33,170 nucleotides of DNA from Thermoproteus sp. (lineage in GTDB: Archaea > Thermoproteota > Thermoprotei > Thermoproteales > Thermoproteaceae), in assembly GCA_049976425.1 (NCBI GenBank), contig JBMFIG010000017.1:1-33170 (forward strand), read 5' to 3'. The notes below the pieces were generated by a model that did no database searches, was not told the origin of the DNA, and worked only from the letters and a program-made list of their open reading frames with translations. Below are positions 26,937-33,170 of the stretch, piece after piece. The translations under genes were made by a program, and so were the position numbers. Position 1 is the stretch's first letter; each line of letters begins with the position of its first letter.

Positions 26937-27051
26937 GGCACCCCCTCGGCCCACTATATAAAAACTATTCCCAACTGCCGCAAGCCGCCGTCCTCCGCCG
27001 GTCGGCGAGGCCGGACCCGCTACAGAGCGGGGCCGGCGGTTGCGGAGATCG

Positions 27052-27414
27052 TCACCAATACTGGGGATACCTCAACACCACGACGAACGCTAACGGGACA
27101 TGTTGGAATTGGTACTTCTTGGCCAGCTCGTCGAGGCCCTTTATCTGGATCTTGGCGGCGGCGTCCGAGCCCAGCTTGGTCACCGTGTACTTCACCGTGG
27201 AGGATTCAAACTCTTGGTACACGGCCACGTACCCCTTGCTCACGAGGCCCTCTATGACCGGGAGGAGCTGGGGCATATTCAGCCGCCTCCCCGGCGGAGG
27301 AATCTCGTCGATCTTCGCCTCCTCCCGCAGAAGCACCATAGCCGCTATTATGGACTTGAGGTCCAGGACGCCGAACTTCGAGAGTATGGCCAGCACAACT
27401 TCCTCGAGGTTCAT
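27052..27414 (-). CDS. Winged-helix protein (weak YwgA/DUF4065-like resemblance)
   Basis: IEGLVSKGYV..YTVTKLG wing and C-terminal YPQYW; ATGA overlap with the upstream gene. Confidence 0.7.
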   Translation of the reverse strand: MNLEEVVLAILSKFGVLDLKSIIAAMVLLREEAKIDEIPPPGRRLNMPQLLPVIEGLVSKGYVAVYQEFESSTVKYTVTKLGSDAAAKIQIKGLDELAKKYQFQHVPLAFVVVLRYPQYW

Positions 27415-28286
27415 AGCAACAACAGAGGCATTACTAGGGCTAGAGGTATGGGCAACGCGGGGGCGTAGCCGAAGCGCCTCAGCAACAGCCTCACGGTGAG
27501 CAGAAAGCCCGTGTATATTAAGACGACACCTAGAGCTGTGGCGGCGAGCGAGGGGAGCAAGCCGTAGCGCGAGAATTTAATCCCGATGAAGGTAAGCGCC
27601 GCGGCGTAGGCGAAGAAGTCGCCGGTCCCCACGGAGACCTCGCCTACCTTGGCCATGAGGCCCAACAGAGGCGGCTCCCTAGGCGCCTCGGGCCCGGGTC
27701 CGCGGAGGGCGCCCTCCTTGGCCTTCTTGACTATCTTGCCTAGAAGACCCCAGTAGACCATCACCAGGTCGTAGACGGGGAGTATCACCAGAAGGGCGAG
27801 GACTGTCAGTGGAGGCAGTATCCACACGACCATCGTCCCCGCAAATGCGCTGAACACCGCGATCGCCGGGTCCAGCCGGGCCTTAAGTATGGCGTATATC
27901 ATCGCAGGCGCGACGGCGAAAGGCGCGTAGAACAAGGCCTCCGCCGCCGCGTCGGGCAGAAGGCCGCACGCGTAGTACTTGAGATCGTACGCCCAGAAGA
28001 CGCCGAGGATGACGAGGAACCATATAGCCGCAATAAATATCTTGAAGAATTTCTTATACCTCATGATTAAATATATAAAGACAGTGGCAACGACGGCAAG
28101 AGAGACGAACAAGGTCGTGTTATACGCGGCGGCCGGAGCCGTGTTCGAGGAGGAGTAGGGAGCCGCTGGCAGGACCTGCTCGGAGGCTTGGGAAGGGGCC
28201 GCGAGGTAGGGCAAGGTCCCCAGCAACGCGGCGGCGAACAGCAAGGCGACGAACGCGTACGTCCTCACGGCACTACCCAATGCCAT
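27411..28286 (-). CDS. Presenilin/SPP-like GxGD intramembrane aspartyl protease (A22)
   Basis: About 9 TMs, with YD, GTGD and PALP motifs in the canonical order. Confidence 0.88.
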   Translation of the reverse strand: MALGSAVRTYAFVALLFAAALLGTLPYLAAPSQASEQVLPAAPYSSSNTAPAAAYNTTLFVSLAVVATVFIYLIMRYKKFFKIFIAAIWFLVILGVFWAYDLKYYACGLLPDAAAEALFYAPFAVAPAMIYAILKARLDPAIAVFSAFAGTMVVWILPPLTVLALLVILPVYDLVMVYWGLLGKIVKKAKEGALRGPGPEAPREPPLLGLMAKVGEVSVGTGDFFAYAAALTFIGIKFSRYGLLPSLAATALGVVLIYTGFLLTVRLLLRRFGYAPALPIPLALVMPLLLL

Positions 28287-28308
28287 ATTTAAAAATCGAC
28301 CCCGGGCC

Positions 28309-29379
28309 CTACGGTATGACCTCCGTCGAGTCGAGGATCGGCTCGTAGTCTAGATCTTCCCGTCTGACGACTCCCCGGGTCAGCAGATCCTCGAGAATCC
28401 CCTTCCCCTCCTCCAATATCCTTATAGTGGCCTTCGTGATCTCGCAGACCGCGTCGAAGCCCTCCTCGCCCCAGTACTTCTCGTAGTGAGTATAGAGACA
28501 ACGCCCCCCGCAAATATGCCTGTATTCGCACCTGGAACACCTATCGTCGAGCTTGAAGTCCACCTTGACGACGCCCCTCTTAATGTCGCCGACTGTGGCC
28601 CAGCGCTCCGAGACGGCTATGGGGCAGGCCAGGATCCTGCCGTCGGTATTTACGGCGAACGCGCGCCTCCCCGCCCCGCAAGGGATCCAGTCGTACGGCC
28701 TCAACAACATGGCGCGGTATATGCCGAGGAACGGGACGATGCCCAACAGCCTGCCCCTAGAGGCCTCGGCGAGGAACCAGTCGCGGAGCCTAGCGATGCC
28801 GGGGAGGTAGCTCGAACGGCCCCACTCCAGAAACTCGCGGGGGCCCCACTCGTCTGTCCACACAGCGTTGAGCTGCCAGTGGACTTTGTCGAAGCCCAAA
28901 GACAGCAGATGCAACACGTCGCGGTATATATCGCTCGCGCGCCCCACCGCCATCCTCGCCACTACCTCGCACCGGCACCCAACCTCTTCCTTCAGCCATC
29001 TCAACGTCCTCAAGACCGCCCTATAGACCCCCCGCCCCCTGTAGCGGTCGGTCACCTCCTCCACTCCGTCAATAGAGAGGAGGACAACGTCGAACCTACG
29101 CCAGTACTCAGGCGGTAGCCTCCTCGCCAGAAGCCCGTTGGTCTGTATGCCGAAGCGCTTGGCCTTGACGGAGTCCATCACCTTCATGATGTAGGCGGGG
29201 TTGAGGAGAGGCTCGCCGCCGTAGAAGAAGACGACGGGCTCGGGATCTCTCCGGAGCAACGCCCTCAGATCCTCAAGATCGTAATGCACAGACCAAGGCG
29301 AGTGGCGCGGGTCGAACGAGCCCCCGCAGTAGCTACACCTCAAGTTGCAACGGCCTGTGGTCAGGAGGAACCAGAGCAC
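28309..29379 (-). CDS. Radical SAM/SPASM enzyme (AF0577/TIGR04084-like; likely start GTG 29379)
   Basis: CNLRCSYC, YGGEPL, QTNG, SIDG, and SPASM cysteines CGAG..CP..CSRC..CGGRC..C; ends TEVIP. Confidence 0.88.
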   Translation of the reverse strand: MLWFLLTTGRCNLRCSYCGGSFDPRHSPWSVHYDLEDLRALLRRDPEPVVFFYGGEPLLNPAYIMKVMDSVKAKRFGIQTNGLLARRLPPEYWRRFDVVLLSIDGVEEVTDRYRGRGVYRAVLRTLRWLKEEVGCRCEVVARMAVGRASDIYRDVLHLLSLGFDKVHWQLNAVWTDEWGPREFLEWGRSSYLPGIARLRDWFLAEASRGRLLGIVPFLGIYRAMLLRPYDWIPCGAGRRAFAVNTDGRILACPIAVSERWATVGDIKRGVVKVDFKLDDRCSRCEYRHICGGRCLYTHYEKYWGEEGFDAVCEITKATIRILEEGKGILEDLLTRGVVRREDLDYEPILDSTEVIP

Positions 29380-29422
29380 TGCAAGGCCGATATACTTTAT
29401 TAAAGGAAACACTCGCCGTGTC

Positions 29423-30529
29423 ATGAACCGGGAGGTCTGGAAGATATCGTTCTCCGCCTTCTTCGCCGACCTCGGCTACCAAGGCGCCATCGCGTTGTTG
29501 CCCCTGCTGTTGGTGGCGGCCCTCAGACTGCCCATATATGTCTACGGCATAATAGAGGCTCTCAACTACGGCGGGGGCGCGTTGATGGGCTTGCTGGGCG
29601 GCTACGCGGCGGATAGGTACGGCAGAAAGAGAGTCGCCGTCCTCGGCAACTCGTTGATATCCCTCATGTCGTTCACCGCGCTCGCCAACTCGCCTGTGCT
29701 GTCCCCCATCCTCTTCCTTGCTGGGTGGTGGTCCCGCAACTTCAGAACGCCGGCTAGGAGAGCCATGCTGGCCGAGGTAACAGACGAGGCGGAGAGGAAG
29801 AGGGCCTTCGGCATACTGCACGCCCTCGACATAGGCGGCGGCGTCGGGTCCGTGGCGGTGATGGCCGCCCTATTGCTGGCAGGCTACAGCTTCACGACGG
29901 CCTACCTCGTGACCCTCCCCTTCTTCATAACGTCGACGGCGTTGTTGGCCTCCGTCCGGGCAGGCGAGAGGAAGGGAGCCGCGAAGCCCCAGGCGCCTGG
30001 CCTAAAGGTCACCGCGCTGGCCCTCGCCTCTGCCCTCTTCGGCTTCACATATTACAGCTTCGGCTTCCCCATACTCAGCATATTCCTACACACCCGCTCC
30101 GATGTGATCTCCATAGCGGCCTACGGCCTCTACCTCGCCGTCTCCGCAGTCGTGGGGCTCGCCGTCGGCTTCGCCAAATCGACGGGCTACAAGACCCTGG
30201 CCTTCGCCGGCTACGCCGTAGCGGCCGTCGCGAGCCTCCTCTTCGGGCTGGGAGGCCCTCTGGCGCTCTACTTGGCGGCCGCCGCGCTGTTGGGCCTATC
30301 CATAGGCGTCGTCGAGACGCTGGAGCCCTACATAGTCGCCTCCATATCGAGGGAAGAGGAATGGGGCGTCTCCATGGGCGCCCTCACGGCCGGGAGAAGC
30401 CTCGGGCTCTTCATATCCAACATAGCCATGGGCTTCCTATTCTCTATCGGCGAGCTCTACGCGTACCTATACGCCTTCGCCGCGGCCTTAGTAGCGGCTC
30501 TAATAGTGCTGACAGTAGTCGCCCGGTAA
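29423..30529 (+). CDS. MFS transporter (start ATG 29423)
   Basis: About 12 TMs, motif A GYAADRYGRK, R.PARRA and AFG..ALD..G. Confidence 0.9.
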   Translation: MNREVWKISFSAFFADLGYQGAIALLPLLLVAALRLPIYVYGIIEALNYGGGALMGLLGGYAADRYGRKRVAVLGNSLISLMSFTALANSPVLSPILFLAGWWSRNFRTPARRAMLAEVTDEAERKRAFGILHALDIGGGVGSVAVMAALLLAGYSFTTAYLVTLPFFITSTALLASVRAGERKGAAKPQAPGLKVTALALASALFGFTYYSFGFPILSIFLHTRSDVISIAAYGLYLAVSAVVGLAVGFAKSTGYKTLAFAGYAVAAVASLLFGLGGPLALYLAAAALLGLSIGVVETLEPYIVASISREEEWGVSMGALTAGRSLGLFISNIAMGFLFSIGELYAYLYAFAAALVAALIVLTVVAR

Positions 30530-30861
30530 ACCCCGTTTTTTCAGACTAAAGGGCAGTCAAGATCTTGATAGAACAGACCGCGGAGGCGACACTAGCGATG
30601 AGCCGATTAGAGAACCGCGGGTCTCGATAGGCGGCGCTACAGGTTAGTAGTCGAAGAGCAAAAGGCCATTGTCACCCCCTTAAAAGCTACGGCCCCCATC
30701 TCTCTTCCATTATCTCACAGAAAGAGCGGCGGAGTTACATGAGAAGGAGAAGGGAGCGGACTTCGGCTTTCCTCACAGGGCGGATTTTGTCGCGGCCGTC
30801 GATGCGATCTTCAAGCCGCGTAGCCTAGCCGCTGGAGGCTGAGAGAAGAGAATGGCGGTGG

Positions 30862-31182
30862 TTAGATGAGCTGGAGCTCGATCTTGACTGTGTCGGGAAC
30901 CTTGATCGTCATCAGTCTCCTTATCACCTTGTCGTTGGCCTCCACGTCTATAAGCCTCTTGTGTATGCGGAGCTCCCAGTGCTCGAAGGTGTGGTACCCC
31001 TCGCCCGAGGGGGCCTTCCTGGTCACCACCATAAGCCTCTTGGTGGGGAGGGGCACGGGACCGCTCACATCTACGCCCATCTTCCTAGCGATGTCGACGA
31101 TCTCTCTGGCCACGTTCTCCAGGTCTGAGTAGTTGGTGCCGTAAAGCCTAATCCTCACCCGCCTCCGCGCGATCATGCTCAT
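30862..31182 (-). CDS. rpsJ: 30S ribosomal protein S10
   Basis: RIRL, GPVPLPT, RKAPSGEG and WELRIHKRLID. Confidence 0.97.
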   Translation of the reverse strand: MSMIARRRVRIRLYGTNYSDLENVAREIVDIARKMGVDVSGPVPLPTKRLMVVTRKAPSGEGYHTFEHWELRIHKRLIDVEANDKVIRRLMTIKVPDTVKIELQLI

Positions 31183-31203
31183 GGCCCTCCGTCAACCAGC
31201 CGA

Positions 31204-31216
31204 TTTATAAATTTTC
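31204..31216 (-). promoter_or_regulatory. BRE/TATA promoter of rps10
   Basis: GAAAA-TTTATAAA on the minus strand, 22 bp upstream of ATG 31182. Confidence 0.75.
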
Positions 31217-31533
31217 CCGCCGCACTTAGGGCAACCGCGAACGCCCCTTATCAGATGCTCCGTTCACCCGGCCTTGCCCAGGCTGGCGTGGCGAGCTTGA
31301 GGAGTCTTGAATAGCTGGAACACACGACGCATAGGGCGTGACGCCGCTATGAGGTGGCCGAACACCTACCTAGGCGAACTCGCCTCCGGAGATCCTCCGC
31401 ATATTTCGGCACCACCATAGAGATCTCTCGCTCTTTTATACGCTATTTTGATCACTGTCGTGCGGAGAACGGCGCATGAGCTCGAGGCCCTAAAACGATG
31501 AAGAGCCCGAGACGGCTCCAGCTCTAAAATGGA

Positions 31534-32868
31534 TTACTTCTGCTGTATCTGGGCCGGCTTGACCTCTATGACTTGGCCCGCTGCTATGGTTCTGCCCATA
31601 TCGCGGAGCGCGAAGCGGCCAAGCGCCGGGAACTCGCTGAACTTCTCCACGACGACGGGCTTCAGCGGCTTCAGCCTGACCATGGCCACGTCGCCCTGTT
31701 TGATGAACTGAGGCTTCTGCTCTATGGTCTGGCCTGTCCTCGGGTCGAGCTTCGACACGAGCTCGGTTATCTGGACAGGCACGGTGGCGGTGTGGACGTG
31801 CATGACCGGCGCGTAGCCGGGGCCTATGGCGGTCGGGTGCCAGAGCACTATGATGCGAGCCACAATCTCCTCGGCAACGGTCGGCGGGTTCTCCACCTTG
31901 CCCAGGACATCGCCGCGCCTCACGTCGTCCTTCTCTATACCGCGGAGGTTCACGCCTATGTTGTCGCCCGGCTTAGCCTCCTCGAGCTTCATGTGGTGTG
32001 TCTCCAACGAGCGGACGTCGCCAGCCTTGCCGGCTGGCATCACTATGACCTTGTCGCCAGGCCTAATCACGCCTGTCTCCACCCTCCCCACAACCACGGT
32101 GCCGGCGCCGGTGATCGAGAAGACGTCCTGTATCGGAAGCCTCAGAGGCTTCTCTATGGGCCTCTGCGGCGGCTCGAGAGCGTCGAAAGCCTCAAGGAGG
32201 GTCGGCCCGTTGTACCAAGGCATGTTAGGCGACTTCGCCTTGATATTGTCGCCCTTTACGGCGCTGACCGGTATTATGGGGACCTTGTTCGGGTCGTAGC
32301 CCAGGAGCTTCAACATCTTAACTATCTCGGCCTTTATCTGGTCGAACCTCTTCTGGTCGTAGTTGACGACGTCCATCTTGTTGACGGCGATTATCAGCTG
32401 GTTCACGCCCAGCGTCTTGGCGAGGAACAAGTGCTCCCTCCCCTGGCCCTGCGGGCCTATCGCGGTCTCGAACTCGCCCGGCCTGGCAGATATAACTAGC
32501 ATCGCCGCATCGGCCTGGCTGGTGCCGACGATCATGTTCTTGACGAAGTCGCGGTGGCCTGGCAAGTCGATTATGGTCAGGAAATACTTGTTTGTCTCGA
32601 AGCCGACGTGAGTGGCCTCGATGGTGACGCCGCGTTCGCGCTCCTCCTTGAATCTGTCCAAAATCCAGGCGAACGCGAAGTCCTCCTTGCCCATCTTCTT
32701 GGCCATTTCCTCGATCTCTTTGAAGCCTTTCTCATCGACGTAGCCGGTCTCGTAGAGCAACCTCCCGGTGAGAGTCGACTTTCCATTATCTACGTGTCCG
32801 ATTACGGCTAGGTTCAAGTGGGGCTTCTGCAACGCCGAGGGCTTGGGGTTCAGTATTATCGACGGCAT
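31534..32868 (-). CDS. tuf: Elongation factor 1-alpha
   Basis: GHVDNGKS, ERERGVTI, DLPGH, NKMD, PLRLPIQDV and GRFALRDMG. Confidence 0.98.
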   Translation of the reverse strand: MPSIILNPKPSALQKPHLNLAVIGHVDNGKSTLTGRLLYETGYVDEKGFKEIEEMAKKMGKEDFAFAWILDRFKEERERGVTIEATHVGFETNKYFLTIIDLPGHRDFVKNMIVGTSQADAAMLVISARPGEFETAIGPQGQGREHLFLAKTLGVNQLIIAVNKMDVVNYDQKRFDQIKAEIVKMLKLLGYDPNKVPIIPVSAVKGDNIKAKSPNMPWYNGPTLLEAFDALEPPQRPIEKPLRLPIQDVFSITGAGTVVVGRVETGVIRPGDKVIVMPAGKAGDVRSLETHHMKLEEAKPGDNIGVNLRGIEKDDVRRGDVLGKVENPPTVAEEIVARIIVLWHPTAIGPGYAPVMHVHTATVPVQITELVSKLDPRTGQTIEQKPQFIKQGDVAMVRLKPLKPVVVEKFSEFPALGRFALRDMGRTIAAGQVIEVKPAQIQQK

Positions 32869-32898
32869 GGCGACTCTAAAGTGGCTATATTTAAAACT

Positions 32899-33168
32899 TT
32901 ATACCACCCGCCCCACGCCTATTGGCGGAGCAGTCCAGATATCGTCTGCTATCACGGCGGCGTCTGGGAGGAGGTATAGGCGAATCTCGACCGCCTTAAT
33001 ATTCGCGCAGCCTGCTACGTGAGAGCTCTACGTAGCGAATCGACCTACTGTCCTACATACGCTACGTGCGGCCGGCCAGGCGCCGGCTGAGGCGTGTGTC
33101 TTGATGTAAAACACCAGCCTATCTCGTGGGGCCTCGACTGGGGTAGGCTTGAGGAGGTTGTGGAGAGG
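32899..33168 (-). pseudogene. Possible 3' remnant of a decayed gene with an in-frame TAG at 33028-33030
   Basis: Frame reads PLHNLLKPTPVEAPRDRLVFYIK...RFAT*SSHVAGCANIKAVEIRLYLLPDAAVIADDIW...VV*. Confidence 0.25.
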
Positions 33169-33170
33169 GC

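Noticed and set aside
30770-30840. tRNA-like stretch on the minus strand after rps10 (CTTGAAG resembling an anticodon loop)
   Set aside because: No acceptor stem and no GTTCRA T-loop.
31476-31527. Possible third C/D sRNA (CTAA, ATGAAGA)
   Set aside because: No proper C box and no terminal CTGA at the right spacing.
1-33170. CRISPR array, IS/transposase, integrase, rRNA
   Set aside because: No regularly spaced repeats or recognisable motifs found by eye.

Overview
GC-rich, gene-dense crenarchaeal DNA, most likely Thermoproteales (Thermoproteus/Pyrobaculum-like). This is inferred from the EF-1alpha, S4e, class I CCA and TFE-beta genes, AGG/ATA-rich codon use and TATA boxes about 20-25 bp before apparently leaderless starts. 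About 36 genes are present: tfeB-thpR-cca; a serA/class V aminotransferase/DUF89 operon; a wHTH-CBS regulator; two PfkB kinases; metB; rps4e; moaB; a PhoU-type regulator; UspA; HAD; a HEPN-MNT pair; an amidase; a translin; a presenilin-like protease; an rSAM/SPASM enzyme; an MFS transporter; rps10 and tuf. Best leads: (1) an accessory module of a MoxR-like AAA ATPase split by a single-base frameshift (UUU-UUU-CGA), a HExxH+vWA protein and a convergent PLD protein interrupted by a transmembrane hairpin; (2) DUF89 as a possible SerB replacement; (3) two unannotated box C/D sRNAs; (4) an uncalled 34-aa ORF coupled to the amidase; (5) an in-frame TAG upstream of the called start of the first, surface-protein gene. 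No CRISPR array, rRNA, convincing tRNA or IS element was seen. All family calls come from motif recognition by eye, without database searches.
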